Of a stretch of 64,000 nt of DNA, positions 26,908 through 44,599 are shown one piece after another (positions within the stretch are counted from its first letter, which is position 1; every line of letters starts with the position of its first letter). The stretch lies in the NCBI RefSeq assembly GCF_009914755.1, contig NC_060927.1; one strand, given 5' to 3'. The notes beneath the pieces were generated by a model, which was not told the origin of the DNA, did no database searches, and saw only the letters and a program-made list of their open reading frames with translations. The translations under genes were made by a program, and so were the position numbers. This stretch comes from the human T2T-CHM13v2.0 reference genome, Homo sapiens.

Positions 26908-27809
26908 TTGCAGTGTATATTTAACAAATATTTTGTCCCTTGCATTATGTGTTCCCCATATTGGGAATAAAGCAGTAACTACATTGTCAAAAATATCTGC
27001 TTATTCCAATAGAGGGTGGGACAGATAAAATAAATAAATAAAATATATGCTGTGATATATTTTAGTTGCCTCAATGGATAAGAGAGAACACCAGATACAA
27101 TAATAATTATAATCCCTAATGGAGTTTTCAAAATAAATAAGGTGATATCAGAAAAACTCTAATTGCTAATGTGAAAACCATGGAAACCTGTAGAAGCTAT
27201 ACAAGTTCTGGTACAAAGAAACTGGGTGAGAGCAACAATCATGAGTACTGATTTCCAATATGCTGCAAGTGTCGCATTGAACAATATGCCAAGCGGATTA
27301 TCTCAGTTCCAGCTAAAACCCTGATTACAACATGCCAAGGCATCAAAAATGCAAGCCCTTTGAAGACATGTCTTATTTTCAGAGGACTCATTATCATCGC
27401 TTCCCATTTATATGCAGTTTTACTTGTTGTAAAGTGAAGTAAGCTGATTATGAGATTTTTGGGGGGAAAGAATGTAAAAATGAGATTACCCATTATTACC
27501 AATTATGCTTTTACCTTTTGGCCTTCATGTACCAAATGTAGAGGTCCAGTTTCTTGGTTTTTGTTATACAGTGTGTTTACATACATTTCTTATGTATGAT
27601 CTAAAAGTAACCAACATATGCCACTGCCATTTAGAAATGTTAAAGCCAATGGTAATATTTCCAATATTTTTATCTTTCCATGGTTCTAGTCCTCTTGTTT
27701 TATAACTGTATGCTTCTTTTCCTTAGTGTCCCTGGTAAGTTTTAATTGAATGCTAAACATTTTGTATACAAGATCACAGAACACACGCACACACGTATCT
27801 ATCTATCTA

Positions 27810-28188
<379 letters not shown>

Positions 28189-28711
28189 AAGTAAAGTATG
28201 TGTGTACAGACAAAAAAGTATCTATGTATATATATTTTATATGTGTGTCTCTGTGTGTGTGTGTCTGTGTTTTCTTACCCTATCCACTACTGTCAGGCAG
28301 CTGCCGTAGTAAGGAATCCCCTCAATACATTCAGGAATGGAGATGACTTGAGACTAAGTGCCAGACTTCATAAAGCTTGTTCTGATTGAGTGTCAGACTT
28401 CATAAGGAAACCTTTGCTTTCAGCCTGATTTTAGGGTATATATCTTGAGGGGTCCCATTGAGCACCTGTGAATTTTACAAGGGTCCATTCTCTACTTGAC
28501 CATTTTTTTCTACCACACTACAAGAATGGCAAATTCTCCTCTCAGGTTTTCTGTCACTTTCTGTTGTTCTCTCATCATTAACAGCTTAGTAATAAAAAAT
28601 GCTTGTAAAGAAAAGTAGTGCACAGAATTGGCCTTAAATCTCTGTACCTTCTATTTTCTAGAATCTTGATGCTTTAAGTCTTGGCTGCATCCAAGCCCAG
28701 ATTCTTTGCTT

Positions 28712-29302
28712 CTTGCCTTGTCTCAGACGAGACTTTGGACTTGGACTTTTTAGTTAATGCTGGAATTAGTTAAGACATTGGAGGGACTGTAGGAAAGGCA
28801 TGATTGTGTTTTGAAATGTGAGGACATAAGATTTTGGAGAGACTGGGGCAGAACGATATGGTTTGTCTGTGCATATTGTTGTGCAATATGCCAAGCGGAT
28901 TATCTCAGTTCCAGCTAAAACCCTGATTACAACATGCCAAGGCACCAAAAATGCAAAGCAAAATCTCACCTGAATTGCAGTTCCCACAATCCCCATGTGT
29001 CATGGGAGGGACCTGTTGGGAGGTAATTGAATCATGGGGGCTGTTACATGCATGCTGTTCTTGTGATAGTAAGTTCTCACAAGATCTGATGGTTTTACTG
29101 GGGGCTTTTCCCCTGTTGCTTGACTCTTCTCTCTCCTGCCACCATGTGAAGAAGGATGTTTTTGCTGCCCCTTCTGCCATGATTTTAAGTTTTCTGAGGC
29201 CTCCCCAGCCATACAGAACTGTGAGTCAATTAAACCTCTTCTTTTTTTGAATTACCCAATATCAGGCAGTTATTTATAGCAGTGTGAGAACAAACTAATA
29301 CA
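28712..29302 (+). mobile_element. 5'-deleted THE1C/D element: 3' end of internal region (28712-28853) plus 3' LTR (28854-29302) carrying a foreign insertion
   Basis: cttgccttgtctcagacgagactttggac...ggggcagaa (end of THE1-int, PPT-like), then gatatggttt ... gtgagaacaaactaataca. Confidence 0.92.
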
Positions 29303-30014
29303 GATGCCTTCAAAAATATTTCCCTATTTTATTCAGCTCCAATGAATTCAGGGCTCTAAGTTGTCCTGGAAGTGCCAAGCGTGGAAGTCTAGAGTGTTTA
29401 TGAATTAAATGTATTAGCCCAAAATCATCTCATCAGAATAATGAAATGATAGCAGATTTTTCATAAAATGCCTAAGAATTCTAATAATATACATGATAGG
29501 AAGATATCTGACAGGAAATATGTAGAAAGAAATGGGTGATTAATTCCTTCTGCCAAAAGGTTTTGCTTTCATTCTTTAACGTCAGATCATATGAACAAGA
29601 ATTTTAACACTAAGCAAAGGAAATTTCATTTTCATTTTCCATACACTATTACTGTTAGACTTTTGAAAAAGTTTTACACCATCATAAATTAGCATTTTAG
29701 CTTCTTTCCTCCTGTGAACATAATTAGAAGACTTGAGTAGCCAGGATAGCTTAGAGCCATAAGAACTGATACAGAAAAGAACAAAGAATTAACCCAACAA
29801 TGGCATTCTCTCCATTTTCCCTAGAATTGCTGGACAGGATGCACTCTCTATTTTATAATTGAGTTGTTCTTACTTTACACCAGTTTTATAACAATTTCTT
29901 TAAACACCTTAGCATAAATACATACAGATTTATGTTATTCTTGTTTCATTTGAACATATGATATTCCTCCCATTTTTGCAAGCTTCTTATTGATAAAGTC
30001 TGGACATTCACAGA

Positions 30015-31452
30015 GTGAAAGAACATTTTTGCAAATCATATATTTGGTAAAGTACATTTATCTAAAAATACATATAAATTGTAAGTGAGTATCCACTTAC
30101 AATTTAATAATAAAAAGAGAAACATCCAAATTAAAAACAGGTCAACAATCTTAATAGATGTTTCTTCAAAAAGATGTAAAATTGGCTTCTAAGCATATTA
30201 TAAGATGCTCAGCTTGATTAACCATCAGGTACTGCTAGTCAAAACCACAATGACATACCATTTGCAGCCCCAAGAATGGCTGAAATTATAAAGATAAATA
30301 ACAATTTTTGGTGAGCATGTGGGGAAATATGAACCCTTTTATGCTATTGGTAGGAACATAAAATGATGGAGCTTGTTGAAAAACAGTCTGGCAATTCTCC
30401 AAAAAGTTAAACCTAGAGTTACCATATGACCCAAAATCTCCACTCCTAGATGTATATATACCTTAAGGAATCAAAAATACATGTTTACATAAAAATCTAT
30501 GAACAAATGATAATAAAAGCTTTATTTACAATAGTCAAAAGTAGAACCAATCCAAATATCCAAAACTGAAAAAAGAGCAAATGAAATGTGTTATATATAT
30601 TAGTTTTCTATAGATGCTGTAAAAATACTACAATTTAGTGGATTAGACATCTGAAATGGGTGTCAAAGAACTATAATAACTGCACTATCGGAGCTGTGTT
30701 TCCTCTGGAGGCTTTAGGGGAATAGACGTACCTTTACCCTTTCCAGCTTCTAGAGGTTGCTTTTATTCCTTGACTTGAGGGCTTATCCTGTATCTTCAGA
30801 AGAGTATTTGCATCACTCTGACCTCTGCTTCCTTCATCACATCTTGTTCCTGACTCTAACTCACCTTCATATTCCATCTTTTAGGATCCCTTATTATCGC
30901 ATTTGGCCCGCCTGGATACTGTAAGACAATGTCCCCTAGATCCTTAATTCAATCACATCTCAAAATTCTTAATCACATCTGCACAGTTATTTTTGCCATA
31001 TAAATTCATCTAGTAACAAATTCTGGGATTAGGATATGGACTTCCTTAAGTGGTAATTATTCTGCTTACCACACCATACAATAAAATATTATTCAGCAAT
31101 AAATGACTCAACCTAGATGAACCTTGAAAACATAATGCTAAGGAAAACAAGCCAACCACTTAATATCACATATTGTATAATTCAATCTGTATGTAATGTC
31201 CAGAATAGAAAAATCTACAAAATCATAACTTAGCATCATGGTTGCCCAAGGCTGGATCGGAAGGGAGAATGACTACTATTAAATAAGGGGTTATTGTAAG
31301 AGGGGATCATTAGGTGACAAAAATATTGGAAACTTGATTATGGTGATGGCCGCATAGCTCTGTGAACCTGTTTAAAATAATTGAATTGCATAATGTACAT
31401 AGGTAAATTGTATAGTATGTGAGTTATACATCAATAGATCTGTTATAAAAAT
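30015..31452 (+). mobile_element. L1MB-type 3' end, interrupted by MLT1
   Basis: aaaaccacaatgacatacca...gagttaccatatgaccca...ggatgaaccttgaaaacataatgctaag...ttatggtgatgg, with an A-rich end. Confidence 0.85.
30596..31073 (-). mobile_element. MLT1C/D LTR nested in L1MB
   Basis: tattagttttcta...ctggaggctttagggga...ttccagcttctagaggttgc...ttaatcacatctgca...ctgggattaggatatgga...tattctgcttaccaca. The L1 resumes at ccatacaata. Confidence 0.8.
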
Positions 31453-34610
<3,158 letters not shown>

Positions 34611-34616
34611 AGATGA

Positions 34617-35006
34617 TGTTACGAACTGAATTGTGTCCCATCAAAATACATATGTCAAAGCCGTAAACTGTAATTTGCATGTACTAGGAAATAGTATCTT
34701 CACAGAGGTAATTAAGGTTAAATGAAGTTGTAAGGATGAAGTCCTAATTTGATGTGACTAGCATCCTTATAAAAAGAGAGCATGACACCAGATATGTATG
34801 CACACAGGGAACAGGCCATATGAGGACATCGAGAGACGGGACTGTCTACAAGCCAAGAAGGGAGGATTCTTTCTGAAAAAGGAGAAACCAAACCTGCAAG
34901 CACCTTGATATTGGACTTCCAGCCCCAAGAATGTGAGAAATAAATTTCTGCTGTTTAAGCCACCCAATCTGGTATTTTGTTATGGCTGCCCTAGAAACCT
35001 AATACA
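34617..35006 (+). mobile_element. MLT1A/B solo LTR
   Basis: tgttacgaactgaattgtgtccc...gaggtaattaaggttaaatga...gtgagaaataaatttctgctgtttaagccacc...ctaataca. Confidence 0.88.
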
Positions 35007-35029
35007 AATCATAAATAATATCACTAAAC

Positions 35030-35290
35030 ACAGACCTTCATCCTCTGTTGAATGGATAAATATAATGTGGAAAATACATGCAGTGGAAGACAGTACAACA
35101 GAAAAGAAAGATCAAATGGTTGCCACATGTAACAGCAGGTTAAATATCACAGATGTAATGCTGAGTGAAAGAAGCCAGACACAACATCCACCACTATGTA
35201 ATTCTATTTATACAATTCGAGAACAGGCAAATTAATCTATGCTCTTGAAGTCAGGTTAGTGGATACTTTAGAAAGAACCGAAGTTACTTA
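35030..35290 (+). mobile_element. L1ME-type 3' fragment
   Basis: gttgaatggataaatataatgtgg...atgctgagtgaaagaagccagacac. Confidence 0.7.
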
Positions 35291-35304
35291 GGTAAGTTTC
35301 ATTA

Positions 35305-35741
<437 letters not shown>

Positions 35742-36229
35742 TCATATTCAGAGTGGGGTCAATTGGCACCTTTGGTGCCCATTTTTATTAAATAGGACTT
35801 TTTGCTGAAGCACAATATACATACTAAAAAGCATACAGATTAAAAGGGTTTAGTTCCAATACTTTTTTCTAAAGTACACACATCGGGCATCAATGGGCTG
35901 GATAAGCCTTCTGTACCATGAAGAGTTTTCCAAAGACTTTGGAAATCCAACCATCTGAAGGAATATTTCTGAGAAAGGGAGAAATACCCTTGGCGGCTGC
36001 TGCCTTTCTTCTGATTGGATTATGGGATATTAAAGATGAGAGCCTTCTATCATTTAGGAGAAAACCTTTTATCTCAGTTCCTGTTGAAATTCAAAACCTG
36101 AAGTGCTGAGAAAAGTTGTAAATAATTTTGAAGAATTTCTTTATTCCTAAGGAGGACAACCAAAAAAGGGTTTTTGTCCCAAACAACAGAAAAAGAAAAC
36201 ATACCAAGTCAGAAAATATATGCATATAC

Positions 36230-36233
<4 letters not shown>

Positions 36234-36277
<44 letters not shown>
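36234..36277. repeat. (TA)n microsatellite
   Basis: Directly visible pure TA run. Confidence 0.95.
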
Positions 36278-36280
<3 letters not shown>

Positions 36281-37337
36281 GTGGGTGGTAAAAGTACGCT
36301 TTTGTAATCAAGTGTTTCTGCTATGATTTTGTTACTCATGTGCTCCTGTGTATAAGTAACAACATTGTAACCAACACTACAAAAACTTATTCTTTAATTA
36401 TTGTAATGGCCCTGACCTTCCAATAAATATCTAGGGTTTGCTTTTCCCACTGGGAAAGGAAGGCTTCGTGCCAGACTTGCAGTTGCTCTGCTTCCTGGGT
36501 ACCATGAGATATTGAAGGACTGCCAGCACTGAGGGTTCTGGGGAAACATCTCCCAAAGAGTTACCAGGTATAACCTTCAGCAAATGCTCTCTACTGTTAC
36601 TCCCTTACTGGGTTCCAACAAGCAGTTAATCTAGTCCTTGGTGAAGGTATTATTTTTAATTCAAACTCCATAAAAATATGTGTCCAACTACACGTAAACA
36701 GAGGCACAACCAAATATGAAATACTAAAGAGTTAGGAAAATACCAAAATGAAGTTTTATTTTGGAAAAAAATATAGCCTAGGAAACTATACTGCAAAGTC
36801 AATTTGCACATGTAGAATAAAAATTTCATTCAAATTTTATACATAATTCCAGTTCCACAAATGAATATGTGTATGCATGTGGGGAAAAGAGGGTAGGGGA
36901 AGGAGATTGAAGGGTTGAGAGGTTGATTGATTGAGGTATCATGTGTATAGTTTCTTCTCATTTGCTGCTTTTTATTTCTTTTCACTTTTCAAATGCATAT
37001 AACTGTTTTACTTTATTACTCTAATAGGAAAACCAATACATTTACTTAATGAAAAATAACCAAACCTTTGAAAGGCAAATTTGTCTGCAGAACTGCTTTT
37101 GTATACTCAATTCTTGGGATGTCTGAGTAAAAAGCAAAGTTTTATCCCATCTTTTCATGTCTTTTAAATTCCATTTTCCTGTCCACTCATACGCATTTCT
37201 GGGAATCTGAAAAGTGTAGCTTCAATTGTATTAGATATCTTATTAAATTATTCTCCCTGATCCCTTAGTATTATGTCTCATAAAATCACATAGAAAAAGA
37301 ATGTACATGAAATCCACATACATCAGTAGTTTTCTAA

Positions 37338-37399
<62 letters not shown>
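37338..37399. repeat. (TA)n interrupted microsatellite
   Basis: Directly visible. Confidence 0.95.
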
Positions 37400-37954
37400 T
37401 CCTTATGAACAATACTTTTAGGAGGTAGGCCTCATTCTTATAGTCATTTCATCAGAAATGTAGCAGGTATCCTAGTTTTATTATAGATCAAATATTCAAA
37501 TAAAGACATCTTAACCCTACCTTCCACCCTTTCTTTTCTCCCTCTTCATCCCTCCATCCACTCTCCTTTCCTGTCTTCTTTTCTGATTTCCTGCTTTCCT
37601 TCTTTCCTTCCTTGCAAATGAATCCTATATCCCATTAAATATATAGCCTAGGTATTTTTGTCTGATATCTTCTGTTGTCTGTTGCATTTTAAAACTACTT
37701 TCAAGAACTTATTTTGACAGTCACAAGGATTAACTATGTAACATGTTCATAAATTTAATCTTTCTTAAATGGCTATGTAATGCAGTAATTACCTGAAATC
37801 ATCTTCATATATTTATGCTAATCATTTGTATCTCCCGTAGCATAACTGTTTCTCCTTTAACATGCACACCTTCTCAATATATGTCATTGCCCACAAAGAA
37901 GCAGGACAATTACTCGGGAGATTTAGGTTTAAAAGAACGCCTTCTTCCCACTTT

Positions 37955-38038
37955 TTTTTTTTTTGAGATGGAGTCTTGTTCTGTCACCCAGGCTGGAGTG
38001 CAGTGGGCTATTTCAGCCCCCTGCAACTTCCACCTCCC
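37955..38038 (-). mobile_element. Severely 5'-truncated Alu (3' ~75 nt plus tail)
   Basis: Poly-T then gagatggagtcttgttctgtcacccaggctggagtgcagtgg. Degenerate TSD ccttcttcc[c/a]a[c/a]ttt at 37940 and 38039. Confidence 0.85.
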
Positions 38039-38482
38039 CCTTCTTCCAAATTTCTAAAATGTTTTAGTTAGGAGTGTTTTTCTTGTTTTGCCTGAATTCA
38101 TCAGATACTTTCCCTAATTCCCTTATATGTTTATCAATTTATATTCTTTAGGTTGTATTGGCAATCCCAAACTGAGCCGGTAGAATTATAAACTGTAGTT
38201 CCGTAAAGAGAAGGAAAGGGCCTGAAAGACTTCTAATGTGATTGCCATTTCTGTAGTATCTCCGTTTTTGCTTTGGGGACAGTATTCCTAGTTTCAATAA
38301 TTTACACGGAATAATGTTGACAAAGTAATTGATGTTGCTGGTTTCAATGAACTTGGCTTTACATTCAGAGAATCAACAATTTTCTTCTTAATGGTTGAGA
38401 TTTGCTGATATCTCTGCTCATTACAAGTGTTTTGTAAGGCACTAAAATTTTGATAAAATTTTATAATGTAAATTCCTTTGGG

Positions 38483-39010
<528 letters not shown>

Positions 39011-39719
39011 TTACTCTGGTAGGAAAATTGCTACTTCAAATGTAATATGTTTTATCTTTCAGGGAAAGTCAAATCTTTTCATAAAAAAAATAAATCAAGT
39101 CATCTGTATTGTAGCAGTTGGTTTGACTTCCATGCTGATTTGTATTATCTGATAGCAGATTAAATATATTTAATTCACTTGTTGACCTGATGCTATAAGC
39201 AGCCAAAGAAACACTGGGCTAAATAACTTCAGAGATCTTCTTTATCAGTTGAATGATTTGTCTTTGTTGGTTCAGTGCCCTGGAATTCTGGGCATTCTTT
39301 CAAACCAAGAATTTCAGGTGTTTATGATAATGTTGCCACCTCTTCACTGTAATCACACTTAATTAGTTGCAGCAGGTGGTAGTAGCTGGCACAGTTGAAC
39401 AGCTCTCCTCACTTCACCAACAATTGGCTATTTGTTCAGCAAATAAAAAGGACTCCGTATGAGAAATCAAGAGAAAAATAGCTGTGCGGTAGCTGTGGTT
39501 CTACCAATTCTTTTATTCCCTTGTTTCTTTTCCACTGTAACATTTGTCCCTTTTTTTTTGACAGAGAAAATGGCGTGTTACCTTTTCCAGGGAAATAAAT
39601 TATATGTATTCAGTAAGCATCCTTTAAAACGTATGAACTGAATTTAGAGATCTGAAACAGAAAGTATTGTTTGAGGTTTTCTTGGCTAGCAAAAGTCATT
39701 TTTTTAAATGCCATTGTCA

Positions 39720-39835
39720 GTGTTAATTTGCCCTGTTAAGCCATTCCACAAATGTATACATGGTTCAAAATAACATGTTTTATCAATAAATATATAAAAT
39801 TTAATTTGTTATTTAAAAAATTAAAAATAAATAAA
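39720..39835 (+). mobile_element. L1MA-type extreme 3' end
   Basis: agccattccacaaatgtatacat...aacatgttttatcaataaatatata plus an A-rich tail. Confidence 0.6.
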
Positions 39836-41102
39836 CGCATGGGAAAAATACTTTTACATGTATTTTCAAAGAGAATGAAGCCTTTGTTAGGTAACATCGT
39901 TTTCTAGCATAAAGACCTGATATGGATTTCTTTAAAATTACATTGATATACTTTATTGTATATCATACTTACACATGTACACAAACACACAAAAAAATCC
40001 TAACAGTTTATGTAAGTAGAGAGAATCAGGACTGATGTTTTGAGTGTGAAATAAAGTTTCTTTCCATTAAAAAACAATGTCAATTTGTCTTTTAGTGTGT
40101 TACTGTCTCAAAATGGTAATGTTTGCTTTTTTCTCCTTTGTGTTTATTAAAATAATAATCTTTATTAATATAACTAGATGTTTAATTATTAAGATAATTC
40201 CTTACTATATTTTTTTCTTTCAATTGGTTTTCAAGGAGCTTAAATAAGCCTTGTTTTATCTCTTTGGATTTTCTTATATATATGTATTCTATAATTAGCA
40301 TTTTATAAAACAGATATATTATCTAGTTTAGGGGAATATAATGTGTTTTAATACCCAGCATTTTTAAATAAAAACATGGAAAAAATAACCTACTATGACT
40401 AGTGGTTTGAAGGCCATATGTTGGCATTTTACTTCGGCTAAAAGAAAACCTAATATTTGTACTGTTAACAAATAACATTATCATGAAAAAAGTTAATTAG
40501 TGCCTGAACCTGTGCATTGAATTCGATGACTATTTTCTTCTGGAATTTCTCTAGTAGCAATTTTTCTTTATTCCTAGAACAATCAATGTTGTTCAGAAAA
40601 AAAGTGCAGATAAAGAAAACATAATTCTTAATGTTTTAAGAAAGTAGAAAAATGATGTGACTTGTTTGTGCATCTTTGCATTCAAATGGGCTATTTTTGT
40701 AAACAACACATAATTTACTCATATATCATGCATCAGAACCATTTGTGTTGTTAAAATGTGTGCTGATTCTATGTATAAAATTTTTCCCTGGAGTAAGTTA
40801 AATTTATGCACTAACAGCAGAGAGGTACAGTTTAGATTTTGAATATTTAAATGAAATACTTTCAATCTTTCAAATTTTATAATGTAGCATTTCACACATT
40901 AAAATGGATATAAGATGTATTGTGAAAGTTCTGAAGAATAAAAATAAACTCCCGTGAACCAACTTGAATACCAGAACATTACCAGTGCCCATGACTATTA
41001 CATATGGGGTTTACCAATTCTCCCTTTGTTATATAAGGGTAACAAATATCTTGAATTTTGTATTTATCATTACCTTAATTTTAAAAGAATATATTTACTA
41101 TT

Positions 41103-41550
41103 GTGCCAGATTATCTCTTTTCAACTCAGCATCAGCTTCACTCTCTCTTATATTTTGCCTGTCTCATAGGAGTGAAGCCTAGAGCTATATTTCTTCGACA
41201 CAACTGCCAACAGCATTTTGGGTTAGATTTCCATATTAAGAAGCATGTAATATTTGGAAGGCAGAAGAGAAGGAAATACCATCAGCCTCCAAAGAGAACA
41301 GAATGATTTTGATCAGCATGTAGGCATCTTCATGCACATCATCTATTTGATGCTACTACTAGCCAATGAGATTATGAGGTTATTTTCTGATATTTCTGCA
41401 GCATACTGATATTTAGAAGTCAGTACAATGTTCTCCACCTTTGGCTTCCCCATTCTTCAAGGGATTCTGTAAGCCTTGAATTCCCTATTAACTACTGTTT
41501 CTGCCTCCTATACATAGGAAAATATCTGTGTTCTTGTCTGAACCTCAAGG
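41103..41550 (+). mobile_element. LTR33-like ERVL LTR, degraded, nested in L1ME
   Basis: tgtgccag start, gggttagatttcc...atttggaaggcagaagagaagg, ttccctattaa...ctgtttctg; family call from memory. Confidence 0.5.
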
Positions 41551-41559
41551 ACAATGCAT

Positions 41560-43450
41560 GTATGAATTCCCAAATACATTTGTTGCTGTTGTTGTTTTGA
41601 GCTTCAGAAAAGGATATTAAACTCAAAATTGTCCTATGTGACTTGCTTTTTCACCAACACCATATGCCTATTATTTATCTATGGTATTTTACATATATGT
41701 GGACATTATTATTTAGTGTTGCAAAACATCCCATTTTATGACTACAGCATAATTTTTAAAATAATATTCTCTGCCCTTGGCTTACCCATCTTTCAAGGGA
41801 TTCTGCAAACCTTTAATTCCCTATTAATTAATTGTGCTGATAAACTTTTGGTTTGCTGTTATTTTTATTTTCCTTTTTTGCTGTTGTTTTGTTTTGTTTT
41901 GTTTTCTCTTTGGTATTTTGCTGCTATAAGCAAGATGGCCAGGTGCATTCTTTAGAAAGTCTTTTTAATGTACATTTACAAGCGTTTTCCTACCTTACTG
42001 ACAAAGTACTTTTACTTGGCAGGACTTTAGTTGAGTTCCTGAACCTTCTCTTAGGCCTCTCTGTGCACCTTCTTATAAATCCAGTTTTAGCAAAGAATCC
42101 AGCTCAGTCAGTTTAGCACAAATCTACAATGCTCCGTATCTGATGACCTTCAATATCTGATCCAATTCTTCATCTGCCACTGCTTCATAGGTGTTATTGG
42201 CTCACAGTGGCATATATTCAGAAAGAATCTGTTAAGTCTGTTCGTCTAGAATGCCCCTTACCTTTGCATCCAGTGACCTCCATCCTACTCCTTGGGTATA
42301 AATTTCCACTTGCTCATGCTATATTTGAAGTTCAGCCCAATCTCTATCCCCCACTGCAAGACCCCATTGCAGTGGCCCCTATGATTATTGCAATAGCTTT
42401 GAATGAAATGCTTTAATAAATACCATTGAATAATTTTTTCTTTAATAGTTCATTCATTAAAAATGCAATTAGTTAGGAATATCTGCATTTTCTACTTTAA
42501 GCAATCAAGTTAAATTGTTTTTAGAATTGATTATACTAATTCCAATTGCAAGTGTATTAAAAATACTCATTTATCATATATTTGCCTAGTTGTGGCATTG
42601 TGTAGATTTACTGATTTGCCAATTTAATAGACTTAAATTGGTATCTTACTGTAGTTTTGGTGTGTATCATCCTGACTATTAATAAGATTAAATAATTTGA
42701 CTGTTTTAATTTCTTACTTATTTTGTATTTTGTGAAATACTTGTTAAAATGACTGTCAAATTTTCAAGTTATGTTTTCAATTCATTACTTTTTGCAGTTT
42801 ATTAAATTCTCAAGATATAATACCATAGAAATACATCTATTTCAAATAATTTTTCTCATTATGTGGTTTGTCTTTTCATTTTCTTTTTGATGTCCTTTGA
42901 AGAAGAGAATTTTTTACAGTTAGCTTTTTGTGTCTTAAGAAAAACTTCTCTAACCCTATGGTCATAAAGATACCCCTATTTTTATAAAAGCTTTAGATTT
43001 TGATTTTCACATTCGTTTGATGTATTCTGGACCTTCTCTTCTCCCCTCCCTGTCTTTTGACCTCTCTTTAGTGTATTCTACCTCTTTATCTCTCTATGGT
43101 GCATTATATATAATGTGTGATTCTCTCATCAGCTGGTGTACTCTTATTTTAAACCCACCAATTATAGTTTTACTTTTCTTGTCTATATTATTCATTTCTA
43201 AATGTATTATGTTGGTATTCAAATCATTCTTATTTTTAATGATCTATTATACTCCTTTAGTTACATTTCTTCTTTTAACATATATTAATCATACTTATTT
43301 CATATTATTAATTCAAACCTCAAATATATAAAATCCTTAATCTAAATATTCTCTGTATTTTTTTCTGACTCTCTTTCAGAGTGACTTGGTTTTCTGTTAA
43401 TTTGTTGAATCTTATCTGTAAGCATTCTAATGGTCTAAACTGCAAAATCT
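41560..43450 (-). mobile_element. Old L1ME fragments flanking MER31
   Basis: tgtgacttgctttttcaccaac, ttggtatcttactgtagtttt, atgtggtttgtcttttcatttt. Confidence 0.6.
41999..42447 (+). mobile_element. MER31-like ERV1 solo LTR
   Basis: tgacaaag...aaatccagttttagcaaagaat...cagtttagc...tataaatttccacttgctcatgctatatttgaagttcagcccaatctc...ttttttctttaata. Confidence 0.82.
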
Positions 43451-44599
43451 TTAGTCCAAATAGGTTTGAAACATAAACAGGAAACAAGTTGTCCTAATCG
43501 ACTGAGTTGTCTTCTGGATTCTTGACTTAATATAGGAAATTTAGATTTAGGTCTTCTCACTTGTGGGTTTTAACAAACACTGGTTAAAAATTGAATGTGG
43601 GGAGAAAATGGTTAACTGTTGGTCCAGCTGTCTTGCAACCACAAAAATGAAATCTAAGGTATAGATCCTCTTTGAAACAGTAACCCAAGAAATTATTAGA
43701 AATTTATTTATACTAAATCCAACATCATTAATAATCTGGCCAAGATTTGTATATTAGACCAAACACCTATGTCTCCTGGAGATTCGGGGATGATGAACTT
43801 GTATTACTGAGATGCACTGGAAAATGAGATCTAGTATCATACTGCAAAGGGGTTGCATGCTTGGCTAGATGCATACACCTGAGGTGACAGCTGAAGTCAA
43901 CCCCAGTGCTGACTGCTTCTGAAGATGTTTCACAACTCATCATCATATGCAGTGACTATGTAGTCAGTACAGAATAACTCCCAAAGCTAAGAGAACTTGG
44001 TGCTGGGTGAAACAGAATGCAGACTGTGAGATTGTTGTTAATCAAAATCATGACCACTTCTGCTAATATAGGAGACTGGGCATCAGACGTGCATGAGCTA
44101 ACTTAAATAATAAAGGAAACTAATGAGATTATAACCTTTATTCATTGAAGTTTTGTATGAAGACATGAAAAGCAAATAAACAAAAAAACACCCCAAAGAT
44201 TAATTCCTTTAAGTGAAGTGCCAGAATATAGCGAGTTAGCATTTAAAGGAAGTTTCTTTATCATTTATCCAAAACTTATAAGAATTATAAAACAAACCAT
44301 TTTAGGATACCTATTCTTCTGTTGTGACACATAAAATAAAATGGTAAAAATATATTGTAAAATATTTCACACACTTTGCCATAAAGCAAAATCAAATACT
44401 TTATATAAATAGATACCATAGAAGCCATGCACTTTAAGTACAAAATAATTTAAAAGAAAATAAATAAGAAGAAAAAATAAAACTAAAGTGAACTAAAATT
44501 TCCATCAGGTTAAGTACTTATAACAGATATTAGAAGTTTACATATAGCTAAAGTGATTAAGAGAGTGACAAAGAAAGAGATAGATAGACAAATGCAAGA

